Source: Cyanophora paradoxa CCMP329
Lineage: Eukaryota > Plantae > Glaucophyta
Reading direction: 5' to 3'
NCBI GenBank assembly: GCA_004431415.1
Contig: QPMI01000499.1
Location: forward strand, 186,001-250,000
Length of the DNA stretch: 64,000 nucleotides
Shown: in pieces, positions 22,001-32,366 of the stretch
Layout: each line of letters begins with the position of its first letter
Numbering within the stretch: the first letter of the stretch is position 1
Program-made: the position numbers and the translations under genes
Notes under the pieces: model-generated
The model's database searches: none
Seen by the model: the letters and a program-made list of their open reading frames with translations, nothing else
What the model was told of the DNA's origin: nothing

Positions 22001-22273
22001 ATGGATAGTAAAACAAAAAAGTTTATTGATGCTGCTATGACAGTCCATGGTAAAGATAAATTCGATTACAGTGAGACACATTACATCAAAGCTCAAGAGA
22101 AAGTATCTGTTAGATGTTTGCAGTGTAATAAGGTGATCCTTACATATCCCTTTAATCATGTGAAGGGATCAGGGTGTAGGGACTGTAATAAAAGAAAAAG
22201 TCAAGCACATAGGAAAAGGGCTACTTCATCAATCACAGTGGAATATAGGGATGTTTGCATTCGGTTCGATTAG
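22001..22273 (+). CDS. Zn-ribbon protein of the DUF723-like type associated with homing endonucleases
   Basis: FIDAA..VHG.DKFDYS...Y......V.VRCxxC...P.NH..GSGCxxC. Confidence 0.65.
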   Translation: MDSKTKKFIDAAMTVHGKDKFDYSETHYIKAQEKVSVRCLQCNKVILTYPFNHVKGSGCRDCNKRKSQAHRKRATSSITVEYRDVCIRFD

Positions 22274-22302
22274 GTTTAATTAATTTTTCTAAGGTATTCT
22301 TA

Positions 22303-22701
22303 ATGGAGACTAAATACAGAGGCTTTCATGTTATGCTTGATTACAAAGCTAAATCAGCTATTGCAACAGGACATGAGCATGTTAGCTTCCTAGGTAATTG
22401 GATTATGGGAACCCTTGAACAAGCTATATTGAGACAAGGTATTAGGATTGTTCATAAACATTGTGAAATATTTGATGGCAAAGTATCACCTCCTGGTTTT
22501 GCATTAGTTCTGCTATTAGATGAAAGCCATTGCACAGCTCATTGTTATTCCAATGAAGGCATGTTAGCAATTGATATATTCAGTTGTGGTAAAGAAGCTC
22601 AGCATAAAACACAAGCAGTTGCTGATGAGATCGATAAAACAATGAATTTCCTCACATTTGAGAAGACTGAGAGACATAAACATGATAGATTCCCGTTTTG
22701 A
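22303..22701 (+). CDS. speD: Pyruvoyl-dependent S-adenosylmethionine decarboxylase family protein (prokaryotic SpeD/SpeH type)
   Basis: GFHVMLD...F.....PPGFALVLLLDE|SHCTAHCY.NEG.LAIDIFSCG: ESH self-cleavage site and conserved D.F.CG. Confidence 0.88.
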   Translation: METKYRGFHVMLDYKAKSAIATGHEHVSFLGNWIMGTLEQAILRQGIRIVHKHCEIFDGKVSPPGFALVLLLDESHCTAHCYSNEGMLAIDIFSCGKEAQHKTQAVADEIDKTMNFLTFEKTERHKHDRFPF

Positions 22702-23193
22702 TGGTTTCTATTATGGTGATCAGGGTGATTTACCTTTTTTATTACAATGGCAATCGTTAAAAAAGGATATAATATATCCTTTCCTACAATAGCTTTCTAC
22801 AATGATTTTCTTTCTACAGTAGCTTTTGTTACAATAGAATTCTACTGTATGATGTAGCCGAAATATGAATGCACCCTACATTAAGCAATGTCAAGTATTT
22901 CGAATACTATTCGATTTCCTTACAATAACACTCAGCATCTCCCCTAGATTCCCCCTATTATATAATATTTATATTAAAGTGGACTCAAGGTTGACTCATA
23001 TTAATCGTAAAAGTAGTAATAGTATATGGATTTTGTTACGAATTCAATGCAAGGGTTGACTAAGTGGGTTGAGTTGACTCAAATTTCACAGGAAATAACA
23101 ATGAATCAGAGTATAAAATGCATTTTTTGAATCAACTACACCAACTAACACTGAGAAAGTAGTTTATATCATATAGTACTACCATATATGGTT

Positions 23194-23374
23194 TGTCAGG
23201 CACTATAATATAGTTGTCAGGCACTAATATAGTATGTCAGGCATTGTCAGGCACCTTTTTAGAAAACTTTTATAAAATTGAAATTTCATTGTTAATCCAA
23301 ACAATGACTTAGCCAAAATAAAATACTTTATGAAAATCGATAGATTTAATGCCTGACAAATAAATGCTGCCTGA
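23194..23374 (+). promoter_or_regulatory. Iteron/origin-like element, copy C (direct repeat of 6753-6936)
   Basis: TGTCAGGCA at 23194, 23215, 23235 and 23245; inverted copies at 23350 and 23368. Offset to copy B is 16,441 nt, and the spacers are also similar. Confidence 0.75.
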
Positions 23375-23438
23375 AAGATTTAACACCAACTAACACTGAG
23401 ATTTTCACAATATATGAGGTCCTTACTGAATATGGTTT

Positions 23439-23540
23439 GTGTGACAGGTGTGACAGGTTTATCCCGTGGATTTTAAAAATCAATTTCTCACTAGGACTTT
23501 CCTTGGGATTGACCTGTCACACCTGTCACACCTGTCACAC
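23439..23540. repeat. Inverted repeat of 9-bp GTGTGACAG units (hairpin) near the element end
   Basis: GTGTGACAGGTGTGACAGGTTTATCCC ... GGGATTGACCTGTCACACCTGTCACACCTGTCACAC. Confidence 0.8.
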
Positions 23541-23783
23541 CCAAAATCCTAAGGGTCCCCCCTTAGACTCAACAAAACAATGATAAAATCATATAAGTTT
23601 CATGTATAATTACGATTGAATTCAATAAGAGATCGATTTGTTAATATAAACAAATGAATCATTTATGGATCTTAATCGAGTTAAGCGATATATTTCCGAT
23701 TAAATGAATTAAATTTAATTAAATTTAATCGAGAAAGTACATGAATATAATATCGATTAAATCAATTAACAAAAAGACCAATC

Positions 23784-24067
23784 ACACATAGTAAAATGCG
23801 GAGTTTTAACCAGAGGCAAGATCTAATTGAGATTCAGTTATATTATTCGGAAATATGTACAGATTATCGATTAACGCAGTAAGACTAATCGGAAAATAAG
23901 AGAAATTTACGATAAAATATCGAAAAGAATATAAAATAATCGAAATAAATGAATATTCGATAAGATATACACAGATTATCGATTGATTAAAATAGAATAT
24001 ACGAGATATATCAACAAAATCAATTAAGATTAAGCCGAGGGTTAAAACTCCGCATTTTACTATGTGT
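23784..24067. mobile_element. MITE-like/foldback element with 28-bp perfect TIRs
   Basis: ACACATAGTAAAATGCGGAGTTTTAACC (23784-23811) is the reverse complement of 24040-24067. AT-rich interior; no TSD seen. Confidence 0.6.
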
Positions 24068-24147
24068 TGCGCTCGAAGCGCGCTCACCCCGCGCGCTCTT
24101 TCGCGCACTTTCGCGCTCTCGCGCCTTGCGCAGAAACCCGAACCGAC

Positions 24148-25502
24148 ATGGCGCGCGGAAACGTTAACGTGCTGATTCTTGCTCTCGGCGCGCTCGCCCT
24201 GGCGGCGGTGGCGGCGGCCGACGCGCACTTGCCGCCCGACCTCGGCGAGCTCGGCGACTTCGACCAGTGCACCAACGGCAACATCGTCGGCTACTCCCTC
24301 GCCCTCGCCGACGGTCCGCTCTCGCCCCGCCCCGCCCCGCCCCGCCCCGCCCGCGACGCGCCGCGCTCGAGCCCTGCGCGCAGTATACGTAATAGTCTTA
24401 GATTAATTTCGCGCGATTTCGCAGGCTTCCAGGAGGTGCCGTTCGTGCTGTCGCCGGCCTGGGGCCGCGTCCTCGTCGTCCTCTACCGCAAGGGCACCGC
24501 AAGCGAGTACTACGCCCTCGTCACCGCCGTCCTCGCCAAGAAGCGCGCCCGCCCCGCCCCGGGCCCCGGCCTCTTGCTGAAATTTAATTCAAACTAAATT
24601 TCTCTCTCGCGCGCGCTTAGCCCCGCGACGACCGTCGTCGACCAGCACATCCACGGCCCCGCCAACGTTCTCACCGTGCGCGCTCGCCCGCGGCCTCTCG
24701 CTTTAGTCTCTCGATTAATGATCACGATCAGTGATCCCTGATCTTTCGAATTCTCCCAGAGCGCGCCGCCGGTCTTCCAGCTGCCGAAGGAGCTCCCGAA
24801 CCCGCTCCTGAACTACTGCATCCCGACCATCACCAGCCAGCAGTTCCACAACTTCATCCGCAACCAGTGCGCGCTGCCCGAGCGCTAGCTATAGCTATAG
24901 CGCATGATCATGAAGCGATGGCGAGCTAAATCTAGAGCTTAACGTTAATTATATATATAACTTTGCTTGATCATGAGCTTTTCGCGCTAGCGCTAGCGCT
25001 GCGCATGCTATGAACGTTCACCTGGAATTCGCGCCCGGCGGCCGTCAAAATTTGCGCTGCCAGCTGCCGAAGCCGACGGCTTATTTCCGCGCCGCCTCGC
25101 AGGTATTACTACAACCTGCACACCGTGGCCTTCCCCAACGGCGAGATCCGCGGCAACCTCATCTGGTACGGTGCGCAATTAAATGATTGCAATCGCAACG
25201 CCCACGCGTACGCTGCGACCGCCCGTTGTCGCGATACTATGTGATATCGATCGGCTCCGAATCATGCATATTCGAGTTCCCGCAATAAATTTACCTCGTT
25301 GACATCTAATTTATAGCTTCCTGCAGCTGCAGCTGATCATGGCTGCATTAACGTCTAATTTGCGCCCGCAGGCCCCGTGGGCCAGGTGGCGGAGGGGGGC
25401 CCCGAGGCGGCCGTCACCTTCTCGGCCGCCGTCGAGACGGCGGCGCCCGTCCCGAACCTCGAGGCTCTCAGCGCCGGCTTCAACCCCGCCGCCCGCCAGT
25501 AG
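24148..25502 (+). CDS. Host secreted CHRD-domain protein, 6 exons
   Basis: Signal peptide. Exons 24148-24313, 24425-24542, 24621-24675, 24760-24866, 25103-25170 and 25372-25502 splice in frame to give QEVP..S.A.G, HIHGP and YYNLHT.AFPNGEIRG (CHRD signature). Confidence 0.85.
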
Positions 25503-26069
25503 GCCCGGCCCTGGGGCCCGGGGCTGCTGCTATAGCTACTAGGCTAGGCCTACGGCTACGCCCTTTTTCTCATGATCAGCCTCTTCTGATTCACGCTCCG
25601 GATCTATAGCTCGATGTAAATATTTTCGTAGCGGTTCCATCTGCACCAAATATGAACCAGATCCCGGAATCTGAATATGCATATGTTGCATGAATATTGG
25701 CGGGGCCTGCGCGTGCACCGTGGCACTAGTGGCAGATCTTCCGCCTAGGCCTGGGTTTGAATTATCCTTGCGCCCAATCTGGCCGCCGGGCCCCCTTGCC
25801 CCGGGAACCTTCGATGTCGGTGCCCTCCGCTCGAGCTCGAGCTCGCAAGCGCTGATCCAGAGACTCGTTGACTATGACATTGGGTTTAAATCCGCGCAGC
25901 TGACCATGAGCTACAGTAGCACCGCTGCAGCTGTTTCTTCCTGCGGCAAGCTGAAATCAAACTGCGGCAAGCTGAAATCAAACTCGCAGTAATGATTCCG
26001 AAAGACTTCAATGCATGCTGCAGTTCTGAAAATAAAATTTTACGCAACGCGCTGCCTCTATCTCTATCT

Positions 26070-29000
26070 CTACGGCTCCTCCGCCTCCTGCTCGGGGGGC
26101 ACCCCGAAGCACGCGACGAGCTCGACGGCCCACGTACCCCCCGTCGGCCGCCCCCCCTCCCCCTCCTCCTCGCCCCCGGCGCCGGCCCCGGCTCCGGATC
26201 CAGCGCCGGGGGCCCCGGATCCGCCGCCGTCTCCGTCCCAGTCCTCCCCGGCGTCGCGCTCCTCCTCCGAGGAGCCGGACGCAGGGGTACGCCACGGCAC
26301 TTCGTTCTCCAGCGAGAAGTCGACGCAGCAGAGCGCGGGGCGGCCCGCGATCGCCTCCACCAGCCTCTCGCAGGCGGCGGCCGCGAGGCTTTCGCCTGCA
26401 GCCAAAGCGGCCTCCTCGGGCAAGAGGAACGGGTGCCCCGAAAAGTACCCGGCGAGCCAGGCGGAGGGCCCGGGGGCCGGCCCCGGGGCGAACAAAGGGT
26501 CCTCGGCCAGGGCCAGCTCCTGCAGGAGGGACCCGTTGGGCGCCAAAAAGTCCAGCGAGGCTGTACCCCGCGGCTTTGGGGTGGAGGAGGATGAGGAGGA
26601 GGAGGATGGGGCGGGGGCGGCGGGGGCGGCGGGGGCGGTTGCCGGGGGCTCCTCGGCGGGGGCCCCGTCCTCCTCCTCCTCCTCGTCCGCGGCGCGCCGC
26701 CGCCGCTTCGCGCGCCCTTTGCCCTTCGGGGGCCGTCCCTTCGGCGCGGGCGGCGGAGGCGGCGGCGGCGGCGGCGGCGCCTCTTCTCGCTGCTGCTGCT
26801 GCTGGTCGGCCGGGGGCGGGGCCGGCTCGGCGGGCCGAAGCGAGCCGATGACTCCGGTGAGGAGCACCCGCCTCCGCTCCCGCCACCGCAGCGGATTGAC
26901 GACGTTCTGCAGATCCCTGCGGCGCCGCGCCCGGAGGTCGGGGCCTTAAGGGGGGAAGAAGCGAGGGGGGGGTACAGGTGCAGACCCGAAGGTGACGCGG
27001 GGCAGGGAGGGGGGTCCGAGCCCCGCGGGCTCCGTCGGCCGCCCCCGCAGCGAGAGCCACGGCCTCGTCATCACCGCTGCGCCGAAAGCGGGGTACGTGA
27101 GCCGCGCGGAGAGGAGTGAAGAAGAAGAGGGTACCGGGGCGGTTCTCGTGCGCCCACTCGAGAAACTCTGCGAGCGCCGGGTCCTGAAGGCGGCTACATG
27201 TCGGACAGGGGAGGAAAAGGGGGGGTGCGGGATTCCGGACCTCGCGGGGGATGCGGTCCTCGTCGTCGATGATCTGCGTGTACCCCGTGGAGACGGCGTG
27301 GAATCCAGTACCCCGGCCGGGGCTGCCCCCCCGCACGAGCCTCAGCCGCGTCAGCAGCAGCGTCCGGTCCGCCCGCAGCCTGCGCCGCACGGTTACGGGG
27401 GTACGCGGAAGTCGAAAGGGCGGGGGGAGGGTACGGCGCGCCTGGCGAACGAGTCCCATTGCGAGTTGGCGAACACTTGCACCGCGAGGTCGCTGTCGGA
27501 CCTGGGGGGAATGAGTTGGCGGGGGGGGAGGAGCGGGCGTGGGGTACGCGGCGCACGAGGCGTCAGCGAGGAGGAGCCAGCGGTAAGCGAAGAATTTGGG
27601 GTACGACCCGCCCGCGGCGCGGCTCGCCGCCGCCGCGCTGACACCTTCCGGCCTGAGGCTGCGGGGGTACACGTCGGAAGGGTGGGAGAAAGGGGGTACA
27701 AGGGCGAGGGAACGCACGGGTCCTGGCTCGAGTCGGGGTACCGCCGCACGCGCTCGATGCGGCCGACGTGCCGCACTATACCCAGGAAGTCGAACTCCTC
27801 CAGGGGGCCCCGCGGAGGGTACGCGTCCCAGTCCGCCTCGTCGGGGGGTACGGGGGCGGGGGCGGCCTCCGCGAGGGCGGAGAGGCTGCTGGGCCCCTCG
27901 ATGGTGCGCAGCGCGAGGGGCGCCGGGTCCAGCCTGACTCCCATGAAGCCCAGCTGGCCCTCTGCACAGCGTTCAGGAACGGAAGGAGCGAAGGAAGGGC
28001 CTGATCCAGGCGGCGGGGAGGGGGCGCCGCGCACCGCTGAGCACCCGTACCCGGCCCCCGTTGGGCCCCGGGTTGACGGCCAGCTCCAGCCGGCACGGCT
28101 CGTTCGCGTTCGGCTTCGCCCGGTACCCCGTCACCAGCACCGCGTCCCCGTAGCGTACCCCCCCGAAGAGCTTCATCACCTGAGCGCGGCCGCGTGAGGG
28201 CCAGGGCGCGAGGAGGGGAGGAGGGGCAGGGGAGCCGGGCGCACGGTGGTACCCCAGCAGACGACGGGAATGGTGTCCCCCCACTGGTCCGCTGCGCGAG
28301 CGTCAGCAAAGGCCCGGAAGGAAGGGGCGGGGAGCGGGGTCGCAGTGCAAAAGGGGGGTATGCACCGAGCCTCAGCGTGAAGAAGTACGGAGTCTTGTTC
28401 ACCTGAGGCCGCGTTAGGAGGGGGTACGGGGTCGGAGAGGTGGTCAGGGTGAGAGGTAGTGCGGCGCGCCTCGCCGGCCCGGGCGTAGTGGTTTATCGAA
28501 GACTTGCCGACCACTCGCCCAAGGAAAGGCTCCTGGAATGGATATAAGGGTAGAAGAGGGTTGGGGGGAGCGGCGCGTGGGAGGGTAGTCCCTCGCCTGC
28601 TCGTGGGCGCCCGCCGCCCCGCCGCCGGCCCCGCGGCCCTTCGCGGCCGCCGAGGCGCCGCCGGCGCCGCCCCGGCCGCGCCCCTTTGCGGCGCGGCGAG
28701 GGGGCGGCACTGTGCTCCGCGCCAGCTCCTTAACTGTCGTCCACCGCATCCCGTCCAGTTCCTCCTGCGCCGGGGGTACGCTTCAGCTGGGCGGGGGGGG
28801 GGGTGAAATGGGAGGGGGGTACGCACGTCCTCGACGGCGAGGGGCCGGGCGGCCCAGTCCTCCCCCACGAAGCAGTCGTCGCAGAAGTGGTGAACGAAGT
28901 AGCAGCGCTGCCCCGCCAGCGGCCGCTCCCGCGACTGGGTACAGGCTCAACCAAAGCTAAACAGAGAAAGCCGCGCGGACGGGGCGGGGCTCACGGTGGT

Positions 29001-29680
29001 CCGGCAGGGGGGTAGGGCCAGCTCGGGCCCCGCCACGCCCCGCGCCTCCGCCAACGCAACGTAGGTGAAATAGTTAGGCTGGCCCTCGAGAGGCAACTCG
29101 GACATGCGCCGCTGCCACTGCGTGATCTGCTCCACGGGTCGACCGAGGGCGGCCAGGGCACGGCACGCCGTGACGGCAGGGCGGGCGGGCCCAAGTGCGC
29201 GGCGCACCTCGATTGTGACCCCGCGGCGGAAGCAGTAGTTCCGCAGCAGCGAGTTGAGGTTGCGCGAGAAGATGCAGCGGAGCTGGCGGCGGCGGCGGCG
29301 GCAGCGGCGGCGGGCGAGTTAGCGGACGTCGACGGGCGGACGAGCGGGCGAGCGGGCGGCGGCGCGGGCAGGTCGCTGCGGACCAGTTCGCTGCCTTCGA
29401 CGCCGTCCCAGAGCACGCCCTCGTACACGTCCGCGTCCTCCGCGTCGTCGTCGTGCATCGCCTCGCCGATGGCGTACACGAGCCGCGAGTCGACGACGAC
29501 TGCGGCGGGCATCGTTAGCTAAGGACATCCGCGATGCTAGCTAGCGCCGGGGAGAGGCGTCGGAGGGACGCGCGGCGCACAGCGGCGAATGTCGACGATG
29601 ACCGCGTGCACTGGGGCGAGCTCGGGTCGGAAGTAGTCGCGCAGCGGCGCGAGGCCGTCCTCCTGCTCGCCCTCGGCCAT
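26070..29680 (-). CDS. Host RADX-like (RPA-related) multi-OB-fold ssDNA-binding protein, multi-exon
   Basis: Exonic peptides RCIFSRNLNSLL, LGRVVGKSSINHY, PYFFTLRL, VVCWG, GDAVLVTGYRAK..ELAVNP, FDFLGIVRHVGRIERVRR, FFAYRWLLLADAS, VQVFANSQ and LCCVDF..VELV follow the order I recall for RADX/CXorf57 blocks. Exon boundaries not fully resolved. Confidence 0.65.
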
Positions 29681-30212
29681 GCTGCCCGCGTTCGAATTCT
29701 GCGCTGTTGGTCGCGTACCCGTGTCGACGTCGCTGTGACTCGCTGACACTCGCTGTCACGACTCGCTGGCTGCTGCAGCTGCTCAGCAGCTGTTGCCGCG
29801 GCGAACGACGCTCTCATGAACAGCGCGGAGAACGGCGCTTTCAAAGGCGCGGCTTCATTCCCCGCCCCGGACGGTCCGCGCGCCGCGGACGGTTTCGCCC
29901 GCGCGTCCGCTGCCGCGATCCGCTCATGCGCCCGGCGCGGCGCAGGCTCCTCTGCCCACGATGAAGGCGAAGGCAATGCGAGCGCGGAAGTCGAAGGCGA
30001 TGAGAGCGGTTCGTGTTTGATCATGACCTGTCAAATTAACCCTGGCCGGCGTGCTCAAACTGGCCGCGCGCGTTTTCAGAAACTCATGTCATGAAGCGGA
30101 TGCATATGCGGCTCGAGGTACCGGTAAGCGCAGGAGAGCGGATTGTGCTGCTTGGTGCGCATGCGCGCGCGCAAGCGACGAAGCTTGCCGGATTTGAGGC
30201 CTCGAGGCCGAC

Positions 30213-31821
30213 ATGAAACGCAGACAAGGAATTCAAGAATACTGGCGAGACAGTCGCCGTGTCGCGTACGCTCGACCCGTGCCGTCACGCCGGCGCGGAA
30301 GCTTTAAGCCTGACCGCGCGCGCGCGCGCGGTGCGTTAGGAATTGTGGAGGAGGCGTTGAAGTCAACGTTCAAGCCTGATATCTACGCCCGCTTCGAAAA
30401 CATTAATCCCGTTGAGGTGCGCCCTGCAAGCACGAATTTGAAGTATTGAAGTTCATGATCAACGTTGACGGCGTCCGAAGGGGGTCTGCCAGATCGTTCG
30501 CCTTCGCTTCCCGCCAACCGACGTGCCGCGGCCGACTCTTCAGGGCGGCTCTGGCACGCGCGAGTACATCTTCGAGGCCCCCGTTTTAAATGATCGCAGC
30601 GAGGCTTGGGTGCTCTGCGCATGCGTCTGGAATTCGGAAGGTGCGCGTGCGCTCCGCTCTTGACGTGGCCTCGCTCTACGTGGCTGACGCGCCTTGCGCA
30701 GTCTCAGGAAAGCTCCTCGTCATCCAGAAAGGGCTCGAGCCCGTCGACTTCCGCGTAGGCCCTGACGAGATCCACTACCGTCGTCTCCCATCGATATCGT
30801 CTACCATCGATATCGTCCAAGGAGATCGCCAGGAGAGCGGAAAAAACTTCGCCTGCACGGCCCTGCCCGCGGCGAAGATCTCGGCTGGTGTCGCCACGTT
30901 CTCGGGCCGCCTTCGCTTCACGAACCAAGACTGTCCGAACAAGCCACCCGGCTTCCGCTTCATCGTCATCGAGCGGGACCCACACGGCGAGCTCCGAGCC
31001 ATGCGCTCCGATGTTTTCGCCTCGAAAGCAACCTCCAAGCGTGCGTTCTCCAAGCCCGCCCGGCGCGCTCGCGTTTCCCGCCCGACCTCCAGCGCAGTGA
31101 CCCCGAAGCTCAAAAAAGATGCGCTGGATCCCCAGCTTGGCAGTCCTGTGTTCTACGACGCGGTCTGCAAGGGTGCGGCGCCGTGCGCGCCACTCTATAT
31201 CTCCGCGAGCGCGCAGCATCGGCGCCGGTACCGGTGCACGTGCTGCTGACCGAGCTCGCAGCCCGCGGCTCCTCCTCGGCATCCCAGGCATCGCCTGACG
31301 GCTCGTCTGTCTCGGAAAACTCGCCCCCGGGCCTCCCGCCGCCGCCGCCGCCGCCGCCGCCGCCCGTTGTTGCCCCGGAGGCTGCAGCAGCTGGAGTGCC
31401 GCCTGTGTGCCCTGCCCGGCTCTCGCAGCTTGGTTCCGAGGCACCCTCCGTGGCTCCACCGCGGGCTTGCACCTGGGAGCCGGGCGCCTTGCTCGCGGTC
31501 GGCCACGGCGTCTGCATCCTCCGCTCTGTCCGCTTCGGGTCGCTGGCACCGGAGGCGGCATGGGAGCAGGCATGCGCGCGGCCCGTCGCCCGGCCCTGGC
31601 CTTGGCAGTGCCTCGCCCTGATCATGACCGGCTCGCAGCTGGTCCCCTTCCTGGCTATGGCCGCCCTTCCGCCCCTGGCCGCCCCTCCACTCCTCCAACA
31701 CGGCGGCGCACTTTTCGACTGCGTCCCGCCAAACAACTCGGCCGCGGGAACCAGAGAGGCTTCCGGTCTTCGACCAGAAAACTCCTTCCTCGACCTGGAC
31801 GACTTCGACGTCGATGTCTGA
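30213..31821 (+). CDS. Host hypothetical protein, possibly with an Ig-fold DNA-binding domain
   Basis: Non-low-complexity exon GVATFSGRLRFTNQ..GFRFIV..RSDVFASK followed by a basic then Pro-rich/acidic tail; GTGCGC donors present. Confidence 0.35.
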
Positions 31822-32366
31822 CGACTTCGGCTTCGACGTCATGCCTGTTACTCGTGTGGTGCTGGATCGCGTTTATGGCGGAGAGGCGTTCCCACGCCTC
31901 TCCGCCATAACCGCGATCCATCACCACGGGTAGTAGCTTTGCATGCTTGGCCATCAGGCGATGCCACGCTTCTCGTGATGCGACTACGATCGATCACGAG
32001 AAGCGCGGGATCAACCGCGGGCCAGCTGTTCTGATATATATCCACTCCGACTCCTGACTTTGATAACAAATCAGCCTTAGCTTCCCCTTCGAGTACTAGT
32101 CTGTCTGTCCGGTAGCCCGGCTCGGCCATGTACGTGTCTGGCGCTGTACATGCACATGTATATATTCAACTCGAGCTCGCCCACGCTCAATCGCCGGCGC
32201 CGAGTCAGGCAACGTTCGATGCTAAAGTAATTTAAGCCAATCATTACTAATCATCAAAACGCTAACATCACGAACCTACATATCTAAAGCTGCAGTCCGA
32301 TCACGATGAGGGCATACGCAGATAACGGGGCGCCCGGCCGCGGCGGGCCCGGATGAAGAGCTCAGC

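Larger units (their letters stand above)
1..23570. mobile_element. Endogenous Polinton-like virus (PLV), left end outside window
   Basis: AT-rich, gene-dense, intron-less block carrying pPolB, TVpol-SF3 helicase, A32 ATPase, DJR MCP and pentons. Abrupt switch to GC-rich spliced host genes after ~24,070. Right boundary is approximate. Confidence 0.9.

Noticed and set aside
1-23570. Bacteriophage or bacterial contamination
   Set aside because: Core genes (A32 ATPase, DJR MCP, pentons, Maverick-type PolB) are of eukaryotic PLV type; phage-like features are confined to accessory genes.
1-23570. Canonical Maverick/Polinton or Lavidaviridae virophage
   Set aside because: No rve integrase or cysteine protease in the window, and the ~455-aa MCP is shorter than typical virophage MCPs. 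Cannot be fully excluded without the left end.
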